From: the human T2T-CHM13v2.0 reference genome, Homo sapiens
Direction: 5' to 3' (one strand)
Length of the DNA: 64,000 bases
Assembly (NCBI RefSeq): GCF_009914755.1
Contig: NC_060938.1
This document shows, piece after piece, positions 31,938 through 46,972 of this stretch. The notes beneath the pieces are model-generated. The model was not told the origin of the DNA, searched no databases, and saw nothing but the letters and a program-made list of their open reading frames with translations. Position 1 is the first letter of the stretch, and every line of letters begins with the position of its first letter. The translations under genes were made by a program, and so were the position numbers.

Positions 31938-33470
31938 AATAAATATAATTTTACTTCTTCAGTTTATTTATTGAATACAATTCAATAAATACAATTATTT
32001 ATTTATTTATGAATACAATTTATTTATTTATTTATTTACTTACTTTTTGCATAATTACCCTACCTAGAACCTCCAGCGCAATGTTGAATATAAGTGGCAA
32101 GAACATCTATATTTTTTTCCTGGTCTTAGCACGAATATATTCATTATTTTATCACTATATATGATGTTAGCTGTGGGTGTTCAGGATATGCACTCAGGTT
32201 GAGAAAGTTCCTTTTCATTTCTAATTTGTTGACTGTTATTATTATGAAAAGGTACTGGACTTTGTCTAATTCTTTTTCTGTGTCTGTTTAGATGATCATG
32301 TGAGTTTGTCCTTCATGCTATTAACATAGTATATTGATTGATTTTTGAATGGTAAGACAACCTTGCACTATTAGGATAAATCTCATTTGTTCATGGTCAA
32401 TAGTCCTCTCTGATTTGCTGGATTTTGTTTGCTAGTGTTTTATTGAGGAATTTTGCATTTAATTTGTAAAGGATTGTGATCTGTGGTTTTCTTTTCTTGT
32501 GATGGCTTTACACACTTGTCATTGTAAGGGTGATTTCATAGAATAAATTAGCAAGTGTTCCCTTCTCTTTGAATTTTATCTAATTTGACAAAAATTTTTC
32601 AATATTGTTCTCTAGAATCCTTTTTATTTTTATAAGATTGAGAGTGATGCATTTTTTTATTTTTTCAATAATCTTTCATGTTTTAAATTCATCAGGCTAA
32701 CTATAGATTTGCCAAATTTGTTGATCATTTAAAAAACCTAATTTTGATATTGTTGCTTTTCTCTACTGGTTTTCTATTCCGTCTTTCTTTTACTTCCTTT
32801 CTAATCTTTATTACTTATTTCCTTCTACATGCTTTGGGTTTAGTTTGCTATGGTTTTTTCTGTATTTAAGATGATAAGTAGATTATAATAACTCATAGAT
32901 TTACATTCTTTTTAATTTAGGAATGTACCACTATACATTTCCTCTAAGTAGTGCTTTAGATGCACCCAGTAAGTTTCAGTGTGTTGTGTTTTTGTTTTTA
33001 TTTCTAAGCACATTCTAATCTCCCTTGATTTTCTTCTTCGACCATTGGATACTTAGAAATGTGTTGTTCATTTTCACAAGTCTGTGAATTATCCAAATTT
33101 CCTTCTTTAATTGGCTTCAAATTTAATTCCTTTCTGGTTATAGAATATATTTCATATGAATTTAATTCACTTACATTTATTAAAACTTATATTATTACCT
33201 ACAATATGGTCAGTCCTTGAGAATGTTTTGCATGCACTTGATAAGAATAATTATGTATTTATATTGAATAGGGTGTTCTATAAGTGTTTCTTAGGTCTAA
33301 TTTTTTATTGTGTTCTTCAAGTCTATTTTCTTGTTGATCTACTGCCTAGAGGTTCTATCCATTGGAAGGATGTTAAAGTCTTCTAATCATCATTGTTGTA
33401 TTGTCTATTTCTCCTTTCAGTTATGTGAATGTTTTCTTCATGTATTTTGAAGCTTTGTTGTTGGGTACAC
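31938..33470 (-). mobile_element. Old L1M ORF2 segment
   Basis: T-rich antisense L1 (AGAACCTCCAGCGCAATGTTGAATATAAGTGG; ATGATGTTAGCTGTGGG) collinear with the L1 at 200-1900. Confidence 0.8.
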
Positions 33471-33519
33471 ACGCACACACAATAAAATGCCTGAATAACT
33501 TTTTCTATTAAATAGTACA

Positions 33520-34097
33520 GATATTTCTCAAAGAACTACAAATAGAACTACCATTTGATCCAGCAATCCTTCTACTGTTATATACCCATAGTAAAAGAAA
33601 TCATTATATAACAAAGATGTCTGCCCTCATATATGTATCACAGCACTATTCACAATAGAAAAGTCATGAACTCAACCTAATTGTTCATTAACTAATGTTA
33701 GGATGGAGAAAATGTTTTAGATATGCATATATGATAATATACTATTCAACTATAAGTAACGAATTAAATTCTGTCTTTTACAGCAACGTAGATGAAACTG
33801 GGGATTGTAATCTAAAGTGAAACAATTCAGAAACAGAAAATCAAATACTGCATGTTCTTATTTGTAAGGGGAAGCTAAATAATGTGTGCATATGGACATG
33901 GAGTATGTAATAATAGTCATTGCAGACTTCGAAGAGTGGGAGGGTGGAAGTAGAGTGAAGGATAAAAAATTACTTAATGGGCACAGTGCACACCATTGGG
34001 TTGATGACTACATTAAAAGCCAAACTTCACCACTATAAAATATATCTATGTCGCAAAATTGCACTCGTGCCTCTTAAATTTATACAAACTTTTAAAA
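33520..34097 (+). mobile_element. L1MA 3' end
   Basis: TTTCTCAAAGAACTACAAATAGAACTACCATTTGATCCAGCAATCC...AAAGCCAAACTTCACCACTAT. Confidence 0.87.
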
Positions 34098-34324
34098 ACA
34101 GTATATTTTAAGAGATATTTCAGATCTCTTTTTGTTATTTTTTATCGTATACATTTTTCCATACTTTTAATCTGATTCTATTTGTGTTATTGAATTGAAA
34201 GTCTCTCTTTTAATTTTTATTTTAATAAAAAGAAGAAAGAGAATGAAGGGTTATGAATAGAGTACTGACATGACTTTTCTTAAATTTTACAAAATCACTA
34301 ACTGTTGAGTTGAATGGTAAAGTT

Positions 34325-34598
34325 AGTATAATGGTGACTACATGGTGTTATGCATTTGGCAAAACCAACATAACTGTACCATACAAAGAGTGAACCTTAA
34401 TGTAAACCATGAACTTTAAATAATAATGTATTAATATTACTTCATCAAATATAACAAACATAACACACCAGTGCAAGATGCTAATAAACGGGGAAACTGA
34501 AGATAGGGGTAAAGAATAAGTCTGTACTTTCTACCTAATTTTTCTGTAAACCGAAAACTTGCTCTAAAAAGTAAAGTCTATTAATTGTTTAAAAAAAT
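34325..34598 (+). mobile_element. L1MC (L1MC3-like) 3' end
   Basis: TATGCATTTGGCAAAACC...CAAAGAGTGAACCTTAATGTAAAC...TTTTCTGTAAACCGAAAACTTGCTCTAAAAAGTAAAGTC. Confidence 0.8.
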
Positions 34599-35161
34599 AG
34601 ATGGCTATAAATGTCCCTTTTGCAATTTTGCTTTATTAGTTTACTTTACTTTAGAATTTCTTAAGTCGTTGGTTCTACACTAAAAGGCAAATTTTTGAAG
34701 AATCATTTAATATTCCAGCTAATGAGTCCCTTAGAATAAACAGTAATTAAGCAATCACTAAAAATCACTGTGTTCAATTGTGCTCATAAATGGAAATACA
34801 CTAGTAATATATAGATATAGATAGATACATATTTGAGGGTTGGATTAAAGTATACAGCTAAAGCTGATAAAAAGGTTATTTGAAGAACTCAGAAATTTTA
34901 GAGAATCCTACATTAGCTGAGAAATGTTAAAGGTTTAGAAGTCCTGCTTCAATGTAAAAAGATACATTAAAACAGACTAAAAAGTAAATTACTGTGATGA
35001 TAGCAGACATCTTTTATATTTAAGAACATTAAAATATTCTCTGAATACATAATTTATCACTTATTTTACACACAAGAAGTCATTCACTGCATAGGTCATA
35101 TATTTGTATTATAATTATTTTATGGCATAATATGTCTTTTACAATTTACTAATAAGATTTC

Positions 35162-35480
35162 CAGAGCAGTTTTCCAAAATTATGTCCCAGAAAACACTGA
35201 CCACACTGCACTTTATTTAATTTTATGCAAAAAGAATATGTTGAAATAAGTTGCTAGGATGAGTTGGAGAATCACTGAATAGTAAAATTCTCCTCTTAAC
35301 AGTTGCAGTGCACATTAGCATGTTAAAGACTCTAAGCTATCTTGCACTAAAGAAAGCTTTTACTTTGTTTAACTCAGCATTTCCAAACCTATTTAACCAG
35401 AGAACACTTTTTTCTTCCCTTAGAGAACATTATTACCATCTTGAGGAGAATGTGTGTTCCACGGGAACTATTAGGAATAT
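35162..35480. mobile_element. hAT-Charlie MITE (MER103-like)
   Basis: GCACATTAGCATGTTAAAGACTCT...TTTGTTTAACTCAGCATTTCCAAACCTATTT. Confidence 0.6.
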
Positions 35481-36966
35481 ATCGGTCTTATCCAAACTTC
35501 TCATTTCATAGTTGGGGAGATTTAGGACCCAGATAAATTAGATAATAACCCAAGACAAGTTAAATAGTTGCTCCGAATCATATAGCAAGCTAGTGACAAA
35601 AATGAAATAATTCTAATCCAATTATTTCCAGTTTACTTCAGTTTCTACTATCTCACACTGTGTTTCATTATGGGAATGGATGTCCTGTCTTTGAACATAA
35701 ATAATTTGAAGGCTATCTAAATGTTGTTATTTTTAGTTTTAAAGGCATTCTATATATGTCTGTCTGTATTTATCCACACATTATAAATCTCATGTGTGTG
35801 AATATATTTATGTCTTTGTTTATGTGCTTATTCATGTCTCCATGAGTCTTACATGTGTGTATGAACCTGAATACTTGTGTTTATTTATTTACACTCTAAT
35901 TATAATTGAAGAAAAAGCAGTGGTAAGAGGATCATTTTAAACATTCTATATTTTGATGTTGTCTAGCAGGGAAAATACACAGCTCTACTGGGTACAGAAA
36001 TAGCTTCTCTGGAATAAACTGCATTATATCATTAAAACATTTAGGGCAAATCTCAATTTGGCAAAATTGATTCATTCAGTGTCTCAGACATTAATTCTAT
36101 TAAGTATAAACATAAAAGATTGGGAGGTGGAATAAATGAGCAAGTCACATAGCTAAGGAGATGGCATTTCTTTTCATTTTAGTTACCAAATTTAGCACTA
36201 CTCAGTAAGTGGTTCTGGATATCAGATAAGACGATCTTGATTCATTCTCAAATCAATCTTATCTTTGTAATTATCTGTATTTTCATAGAAAATACAGTGC
36301 AACACACATAATTGCGGGCAAGTATAAGTTTATTTCCCCAAAAGAAAAAAAAAATTCAATCTCATTTCCTTGTTCTCATTTTGATAAAATCAAAGTATTT
36401 TAACAACCCAAAATATATTTTTCCTATTATGAAGTATGAAACTGTGATATCATATTAAAAATTTTCTTTCTTATGAAACATGTATTATTTTTCTCATGAC
36501 CTTAGCATAAGGTATTTGCTAGCTTATATATAGAGAGAAATCCTGAGTTAATTTAAGTGCCTGATTGAACATTTAATAGTATTTCATATGAATTATAACA
36601 GGATCCATGTTTAGGTCCAAAGGGGAAAATCCGCTTTTAGCTTGGTCCACAATGGGAAAGTTACTCTTGTCAGCAAAACACATTTATAAGACTTCTGTTA
36701 CTACAGTAGTGTGGCTAGAATGCTGAAGAGAATCATCTGGGCAAGAGACGCACAGACAGAAATGCTAATTATGTAGGGCCATGAAAACAGAAAAAAATGT
36801 CCTCCTTGCATAATAACTACTGCAGGGAACATTATGTGGGCCTCATTGGAGAAAACAACTGTTGTTAGAAACACAGCTGATAAAGATGCTGATGTCTAAA
36901 ATCTGAACACTGGCATACAGTATAAAGATACTGAAAAATCATTATGCATTAGAAAAGATTAATAGG

Positions 36967-37536
36967 TGTATTAGTTTTCTATTGCTGCATCAAATTCATC
37001 ACAAATTTAGTAGCTTAAGACAACATAAATTTATTATTCCTCAGTATCAGAACATAGGTTATTGGGTTCTCCTTTCAGGGTCTCATCAGACTGAAATTAC
37101 TATGTTAGCCAAAGGATGATCTCACTGGGGGCTTAGTGTTCTCTTCCAAGCTCACCGGTCATTAGCAGAATTCAGTTTATTGTGGTTGTGGGACTGAGGT
37201 CCTGGTTTTCTTTGTGGTTTTTGGTCACAGGTAGCTCTCAACTCTATGACATCTTGAGATACCACAGGCCCTCCCACAATGTGGCAGCTAACTTCTTCAA
37301 AAATAGCAGGAAAAATATTTCTTTAGTCCAGTAACATGTGGTCTGGGGGTATATGAAATGTAATGTAATCATGAGATTGACTTCCATCATTTTTGCTATG
37401 ATATAACCTAATCAAGGGAGCAAGTATCCTATTATATGCACAGGTCCCATACATTCTCAAGGGGAGGGAAATGTACAGCATGAGTACATGGCGGCATGAG
37501 AATTTTGGGGACCATCTGAGAATTCTGACTACTACA
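36967..37536 (-). mobile_element. MLT1 (ERVL-MaLR) solo LTR
   Basis: TGTATTAGTTTTCTATTGCTGC...AAATTTAGTAGCTTAAGACAAC...GGGGACCATCTGAGAATTCTGACTACTACA. Confidence 0.85.
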
Positions 37537-37956
37537 CTGGAAAACAACATTTTATTTTACAAGAGGTAGGAATAAGAAAAGCACAGGAACATGGAAAAGA
37601 TTCGGTAAAATTTTCACAACTCAATAGAAAGTCATAATGTAAAGAATTTTGTTACTCAAATGCAGATAATGAAAAATGTAGGTTTTCCAATTAGGATTCG
37701 CTTCATGTTTCATCAAAGGCAGGGTTTCACTTGATAGGCATCTTTTCCTTTAAGAAAACTGCATATTTACTTCAAATTCTAGATATATTAACTCTTTTAA
37801 ACATTCAGAAATAGGTGTTATATATTTATAGTAGAGATATTAATAAAATTTTGAATAGATTATTTGCAATAATTACTAGGATTATTAACATAATTAATAT
37901 TGTACAAAATACATTTACATTTAATGCTAATTCAATCCTTCCTTACTAGTAATTTT

Positions 37957-38775
<819 letters not shown>

Positions 38776-39298
38776 AGTCTCATATTAAATAATCATGAAA
38801 ATGATTGTTACTGTACAAGATGAAACTCAAATGACTATTTTATTTGTGTTTTTTGGTACTCGTAGAAGACATATTACATGTATATAGAATACCCTATAAA
38901 AAGAGCTAACACAGTAAAAAGTATTTGTGTATGAGAGTGCTATATATTGCACTGTTATCTACACAATCTGAACTGGAATTAATGTGTTTATAAAGCAGTA
39001 TTACAAGGAACTCATCTCATTATTAAGCAGGTAGCCAAGAATCTCATGGTATTATGGATTATGTAGCAAAAAACTTTGGTTTAATGGAAAAGTTAGAATC
39101 TTTAAGATTTGCTTCATCTCTCATCATAAACTTAAAAATTCACACTCAATGTACTATTTCCCACTCTCCATCTTACAAATTCTAAATGTGTTATAGCTTG
39201 TAAACTTAGTTTTTGTCTTATGCTAATGATGTTACATGAGCAAGAGAAAGTGCTGTGGTTATTTTTTCAAAACAGAAGAAACACTTTATTACTTTGTT

Positions 39299-39532
39299 GC
39301 AGGTGTGCTCAACTGCAACCTTATTGAAGGTTTGCACTGGATAAGTCTTTGTTTTGAGGGGCTGTCTGGTACATTACAGGATGTTGAGCATCAGCCTCTG
39401 GATGACAGTAGCACACCACCCCGAGCTGTGACAACTAAAACTATCTCCAAACATTGCCAGGTGTCCCTGAGTTGTGTGTGTGTGTGTGTTGGGTGATGGT
39501 GGTGTGGGGTAATCTTAGTCGAGAAGTGCTGC
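39299..39532. mobile_element. MER20 (hAT-Charlie)
   Basis: GGGGCTGTC..GTACATTACAGGATGTTGAGCA...GTGACAACTAAAACTATCTCCAAACATTGCCAGGTGTCCC. Confidence 0.8.
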
Positions 39533-41546
39533 TTTATTGTTAGAAGATTAGCAGATAAAGACATTGTTGCCAATTTAATATATTTGGAATTTATTAATGC
39601 TTTAATATGTAAACCAGTTAATTCTCTTTTCTACATTGGGAATTTTAACAGAAACAGCAAATCGTGATTTGACATTTATTCACCCATTGATCTCTAGGCA
39701 TACTTGGTCTAAGATGGGAACATCTGAACTATTAGCAAAGGTGACCTGATACGGATGTTGATTGAGTCTCTTTAAGAATAACAGAAAAGATAACTTGCCA
39801 GGCTATAACCAGTGTACACCAAACCAAACCACACTCTCCGAATAAAGGAAACAAGTTCAGAATTTGAGGATTGAGATTAAATTATATTGAGGAAGCGTAG
39901 ACTCTGAAATTAGTTACTCTCTATATGTCACACTTTTTAACACTGAGAATCAGGTTCCACCAGGGCACAATGATGCCTTATTACGACACAAAAAAAGGAG
40001 ACAAGGTAACCAGACCAGTGTGGGTGGAATATATCCAGGTTAGAGTAATAACATTTGGTGATTCACTTATACTATACCTAAATGGTATTTGTTAAATTAA
40101 AATATTATGTCATCTTTCAAAACTCATTCCAAATATCACTTCCTCCAGAAAATATTCTATAGTATAAAATTTGAATCTGCATACCCACTTCTATACTAGA
40201 AAACTCCCTGGGCATAGCACCTACTATAATATATTGCCTTTTCCTACATAGGACACACCCTTAAGAGTCAGGAATGTGGCCTATTTTACTCTGTATTCCC
40301 AATAACATAGACTGATACCTGGTGTGCAGTCACTGCAGAAGGAAGAATTTAGTTAACTACATAAAACATCTAATCAAAGTAGAGCCCCTTATCAAAACAA
40401 CAAATTGCTAAACAGCATGTGGTTACTGCTGACTTTTATTAGCAGTGAATAAAGATCTGTAAAGTAGTAGCTACAGCGTTCCTTGAAAGTACAGGTCAGT
40501 CTATTAATGCTTAAAAAATACCCCTTTAAAATTTAAATGTTCATAGTAAAAAAAAAACATTTTTTCAGATATAATATATATGACTATGGGAGTTGAGGTG
40601 AGCGATTCAGTGATGCCACTAACAGAGAAGGTTCTTTATAACTTGTGAATTTGTATTGATGCAAAAGTTAGCCCATGAAATTAAAAATGCAAGACACAGA
40701 CTCATAATTTATTAAAAACCCTCGTGTTCCAAGAATTGTGATGAATAATCTACTCCCCAATGCATGTGAATTACATGCAACCCTTTTCCGGTAGACAGAA
40801 ACTTTTGCTGAATCCACATGAATGCTCCTTATGTATATTTAATAGAAAGGCAGGTTATTTCAAACAGATATTCTCTGAACAGAGATAAAATGAATAGAGC
40901 AATACCAGAAAGACAGATAGCTGTCCCCCAGAGTTGACCAAAAGAGATCTAAATATAATAACAGAAAACAAGATACAAAGAGAGAATTTAATCAAGGCAG
41001 AGGCAATAAAAGACTAAATTTAAAAAATTGGCAAGGTATTTAAGATAAAATGAAGATTAACTTCTGCCTTAGTGAAAGTAAAGCTAGAAAAACATATTTA
41101 AGGTACCAGAAACTTACTATGAAATTTCTGCCAGAGTCCTAAGGCATAGCCTCTAGAACGAGCAAAGTAGGGTATTTTTCCTCAAACACTAGGAGGCTCA
41201 AAGGAAGATATTTAGTTCTAGAGTAGAAAGATAAATAAAATATCAGTAAGAGAATAGATACTGCAGGTTCAAAATAAACTTAGAGTTATTCAGTGTGGTA
41301 GAATTTACAAATCAGCTAATTATTTCCTTTGCAGAAGTTATATCACACACCCTCAAACTGTATTCAAATAAAGTTGAGAAGGACTTTCCAATAAGTGGCG
41401 AGATTATGGAGATATTAAAAGTAGGATTTTATTTTTATAGTAAAAGTTTAACAGGTACACCTCCCATAAATACCTTGAATGGAGACAATGGTGGAAAAAT
41501 GAAATTCAGCTTTTTCTCCAACAAGGGATATTATTCACAATGCTAT

Positions 41547-43053
41547 TGTCACAGGATCTTTGGGGTGTCATGCTGCCAGGCAGAAACCTCTGTGGCTGCT
41601 GGCGCCTTTGCCCTAGTTTTGCTCAGGCCTGCTGTGCTGGTTCTGCACACTCAGCCTGCAGGTATGCTCTACTTGCACTACCACTCCAGATCCCATGCCT
41701 GCCAAGGGCAAGCCAGATGCAGAGTGAAGAGGAGTGGGTGAATGTGTGAGCATGGGATCCAGCCACTGCACACAGCCAGGCACATCAGCTGTGGCAGGAT
41801 GAGCAGCTCCAGGCATGAGCACGGGTGCTGGCTCTCTGTGAGCCTGGGTCTGGACCAGGCACACCACAAGCAGCTTCCACTGTGGGCACTGAGGAACTTA
41901 GTGTTGCCTATAAGCTTGGAAAACACCAGGAACCGCAGAACCCCAAAGAGGGTGTCACAGCCCTGGGTTGGGGAGCTCCTAGGTCTGGGCTCCCTGAAGG
42001 GCCAGAGCTCTTCTTTCATTCTCTCTTCTCCCCTTCTTGTCACCGACAATATGGTGAGGCGGTGTGTGTTTCAGCCCTATTTGTGTTGCAGCTCTTTCAG
42101 TCCCACCATTTGGTGGGCCCTGAGTTCTTGTCTCATGTCCAGGAAGAATAAGGTATGCAGACAACTGGAAAGTGAGCAAGGCTAAGAGGTGCTTTATTGA
42201 GCAACAGTACAGCTCTCAGGAGACCGGAAGTGGGTAGTTCCTTTCTGCAGGAAGGTCATCCCAACATCTGCCTAAGTCTGGCTGAGTTCAGGGTTTTTAT
42301 GGGCTTCCCAGGGGAGGAAGTGCATGCTGATTGGTCCATGGGAGGACAGGGAAACAACACCATAAGTTCTCACTCTGGTCCAGGGAACTGGCAGCCTGGT
42401 CCCCATGCTTCAAGTGGTCCCTGGCTTGAAGGTGGGGCTTCACTGGTGACCTGCCCCTTTCTGCCCAGGAGCCTGCCTGTGTCCTGCTGCCATCAATGTG
42501 CTATCCATGGTGCTCATAGTACCCAGGCTGTCTGTGCCAAGGTGTGCCTGCAGATCCATGCCAAGCTGCCCTCAGGCCCCCTCCCAGCCACCATCCTATG
42601 CTCATCACCAGTGCCCAAAGTCTGGAGGCGGCTGATGTGGCAGGGGGCTGATGTGTCAGCATGACCCCAAGAATGTGCACACCCAGGCTTGGCCTCAACT
42701 TTGCTCCAAAATCAGAGCAGGCACTGGGAGTGAGGAGAGGCCAGGCAATGGGAACTGAGACTTCTGAGCGTCCAGGGCAAAGGAAGCTTTCCAGGCCCCT
42801 GAGACAGCATGGGTCCATAGGCACAGCTGAGCTCACACCCACTGGGCTCATACTGTCCACTCGGCCTGGCAGGCTGTGCTCTGTTTGTGCTACCAGCCTG
42901 GATCCCGTGCCTGCCAAGGGCAGAGAAGAGGGCTGGGCTTCTGCCTCTTTTCAGCTTCCACCAGCTCCATAGAGTGCACAGGTCTGCCCATACCTCCCCT
43001 GCTGCAGCTGGTATCTTGGCAGCATCTATTCCAGATGTCCACTGCTACCATCA
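41547..43053 (-). mobile_element. MER52-family (ERV1) long GC-rich solo LTR
   Basis: TG...CA termini: TGTCACAGGATC.TTGGGGTGTC...GAAACCTCTGTGGC at one end and CACTGCTACCATCA at the other. 4-bp TSD CTAT at 41543-41546 and 43054-43057. Minus-strand AATAAA at ~42193-42198. Confidence 0.88.
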
Positions 43054-45251
43054 CTATCTCATCCAAAACATATCAGAAGGTGTAGCAGAAGTAATTACCA
43101 CTCAATTCCACATTATTTTATTTACCTCAAGCTAATAAAACTAGTTTTAGGTTTTACCTTCCTAGTAGATAGGGAGTGATATCTTGGTGTTCAGGAGGTG
43201 GTGGGGCCACCACCTAGCTGGGCGGTTCAATGGCCTCATGGTCCCTAAGAAGACTTAATTATTCAGAGAACATACTCTGGCCTTAGACCACACTGGCCAG
43301 AGGTATTATGTTCATTTGCAAGTGTTTGCTGGGAAGGCTGGCTCTTTAACAGCTCAGGGGTCTTTTTCCTAGGTGGAGCCTAACTCTAAATGTCAAACTT
43401 TCCTAGCCAAACTTTATAGACATCCTCATTTCTAGTCTGCTCCCAAAGCATCTTGCATGGGAATGGAGAAATGGAGGCTGCTCTCTGTTACCCTGAAAAG
43501 CTAAAAAATAAAAACTCCTTCCCAGGATTAGGAGGAATTCTGAAAGTAATAATAGTAAAATCTTTATTTTCTTGGTAAACACCCACTCAAACAAACAAAA
43601 TTTGGAAGTTTTTATTTGAATATCTGACAATTTCATTTGGGAGCCCTAAAATTTAAAACAAAACAAACAAAAAACAATTCTTCAAAATTTCCTAAGCTTA
43701 GATGTACTCAGAAAACAAAGCTTAGCTGTCTCATGAGATTAAGGGAGTGGGATTCCTCTGATTCTTTCTATAAATACAATAACAGCAAACTCAATTGAAT
43801 AATCTATATTTTATTCTACTGCAAAGTCTACTTATGATTGAGTTTAATAACACAACATAGTCCAAATTTGGGCTTTATAAAGACTTTGATTTACTACATG
43901 AACCTTTTAGATATTTATGTACAAACGTTAAATTGTAACTTGACATTTGGTAGATTGACTCCTTTACAATAGTAAACTCTGGGAAAAAGAAGAGATTTTA
44001 TAAACAATAATTAATGAAAGACTGATAATAGTCCAGTTATATTCAGAAACTAAATTTATACAATTTAATTTTTTGTGTGTGGAGGCCAATATTATTACTC
44101 TATTTCGATAATAGCAAAAGCTAGAAATCACATGAACTTTCAAAATGTGTTGAAAAGTTAAATATATTGCTAGTAGAACTTGTGTTTTAAAATACTCAAC
44201 TAGAAAAGATCATGTTCAAAAACACTTAACCTGTGGAGAACAAAATTAAAATGTCTGTATACTTTAAAAATCAACTTTTTCTTGGGAAAAGAACTTTGCT
44301 TTAGTGATTGAAGAGAGACAAAAAAGAGGTAAAGGATGTGATATAGTTTTTGTTCTCTACATAATTGTCTAGAGTTTTCCTTTTTAAAAATAAATATGTT
44401 TATATGAAACAATATATATGGATATAGAAATAAAATAATAAAGTATATCTAAAGAGATTTATTAAATATAATTTTAAGTAAATAAGATAAATACAAAATA
44501 AATATGTGGCTAAAAATCAACAAGAGTAATACCTAAAACATTGATAGGGAAGCAGAAAAGCTACAACTGAAAAGTAAGTTTTTAAAAAAATTTAAGAAAT
44601 GAACATGTTTCACCGTAGTAATAGATAATATTTATTAAAAAGCAGTAATTAGAATTTAGGATAAAGAAAAGATAAAATACAACATTTTAAATAGTTAAGG
44701 AGACATTAAATAAAACAGACATAAAAATAAAATTATTCACATATATTACAGAAAAAACAACTTGAACATAGCATTCGTATAGTAGAAAAAACCCAACAGT
44801 AATATTGTGTTTACATCAGTAAACCAATTTACAGGATATGATAAGCTTCATCTAGCACTAGACTTCCTTAGCAATGCCTGCAGAACAGGACGTGAAGCAT
44901 CTGCAGAATCAAAATTTTAACCAGAAGTTCTAGCACAGGTTCCAATTTGCAGCACTGCATGGGGTGCCCTCGGGTACAAGAAGTGAGGCTTATCTGCAGG
45001 GAGGCACCTCAGCATAGGGAAACTCTACCTGTGCTACTGCAAGTACTTCCAAATAAACTCCAGGCGTGATTTGCATCCATTGATAATTAAGGTGAATATA
45101 TAAAAATATAATTTTAATCAGAATGCTAAGTTTAATTTATTTATTCAGGTGGAAAAACAAAAGATGATTTTACTTGAAGGCAGGGATTTCCTTGCCTGAC
45201 CACCATCAAGACCTTATACCATGGTTAAAGTTGAAATGCTTAGAGGTGTTA

Positions 45252-45602
<351 letters not shown>

Positions 45603-45867
45603 TTACAAAATGTAAGGTTATAATTTTGTGGTTTTTTTCTTAAGCCACTAAGTTTGTGCAAGCAGCCAAAGAAAAGTCGTATGTCAAAATGGTCAACAAT
45701 TACCATTTCAGTTGTTCAGGCCCTCAGAGTTGGTTGTATCTTCACAGGCTTGAAAGTTTTTCTGCCCCACTAATAGATTTACAAATCATTTGAACCCCTG
45801 ACTACAAGGGAAAAAAATTGATTATGTGCAGTCATGGTCATTTTCCAAGAAAGGAGTTTATTTGTAA

Positions 45868-46191
<324 letters not shown>

Positions 46192-46495
46192 TGTAATCTA
46201 TTTTTATAGTTAGTATGTTTCACTTTTTAATTTGGACCTAGTCTGAAATGATCTAAGGTAGAACTCCCTAGTCACAATATTTATTTTATTGTCATTTCAT
46301 TTTTAGTTAATTCAAATCCCAGCTCCATTATCAAGAGTGTTTACCCTCCTTCCGAGAGATTATATCTGTGTATAAGGGCAATTTTATAATTTTCATGATG
46401 TCTGGAAGGGGAAAAGCCTTCTGGTATTATGCTGACTTTGAAGCAGGGGATCTTGGTTTGGTGTTATGCTGTTGGGTATCCACTAAGTTTCTAAG

Positions 46496-46551
46496 TTTTG
46501 GTTGGTCTTGTTAATATATAACATTTTGGTTGGTCTTGTTAATATATAACA
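46496..46551. repeat. Perfect 28-bp tandem duplication
   Basis: TTTTGGTTGGTCTTGTTAATATATAACA x2. Confidence 0.97.
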
Positions 46552-46806
46552 GCAATATCAATAAGAACTCTTGATATTGCTGTTGGGTTTTGTCTACTAT
46601 ATGAACGCTATGTTCAATTTGTTATTTCTGTGATGTTTTGTTGTCTTATTTCTGTGTTATTTTGGTCTCTGATAGAATGGTCCAGAAGTAGTTATAGTAG
46701 GTTCCCTTGACTTGGTCATAGTGGCTCTACCTTGCTCTCTTCAAAAACTTTAGATCCCTTTCTCCCCCAGGATGTGGCCAAAATTCACAGTCAGTCCCTG
46801 GATCCA

Positions 46807-46972
46807 AGGGCGGATCCACGTTTTGTGAGTCTATAAGCCTGTACAATTTAGATTATTTTCAAACATAACAAAATAATTTTGAATACAAGGTTACTTGTAG
46901 AGTTTCTAAAGGGCTTCATACAATTAGGGGCCTTAAGCTGCAACTTCATTAACTTCTTGGTAAATCCAGGAT
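46807..46972 (-). mobile_element. Arthur1/MER69-type hAT-Tip100 MITE
   Basis: GGGCGGATCCACGTTTTGTG...GGGGCCTTAAGCT..AACTTCATTAACTTC..GGTAAATCC. Confidence 0.6.

Noticed and set aside
41295-43135. Cluster of overlapping 80-155 aa ORFs on both strands
   Set aside because: They lie in the GC-rich MER52 LTR where stop codons are rare, have no recognisable domain and are open on both strands.
43196-43215. Hairpin AGGTGGTGG-GG-CCACCACCT
   Set aside because: A 9-bp stem with a 2-nt loop has no supporting context and is too short for a miRNA or other structured RNA.
46496-46551. 28-bp direct repeat considered as CRISPR-like
   Set aside because: The copies are adjacent with no spacer, the context is eukaryotic and there are no cas genes.
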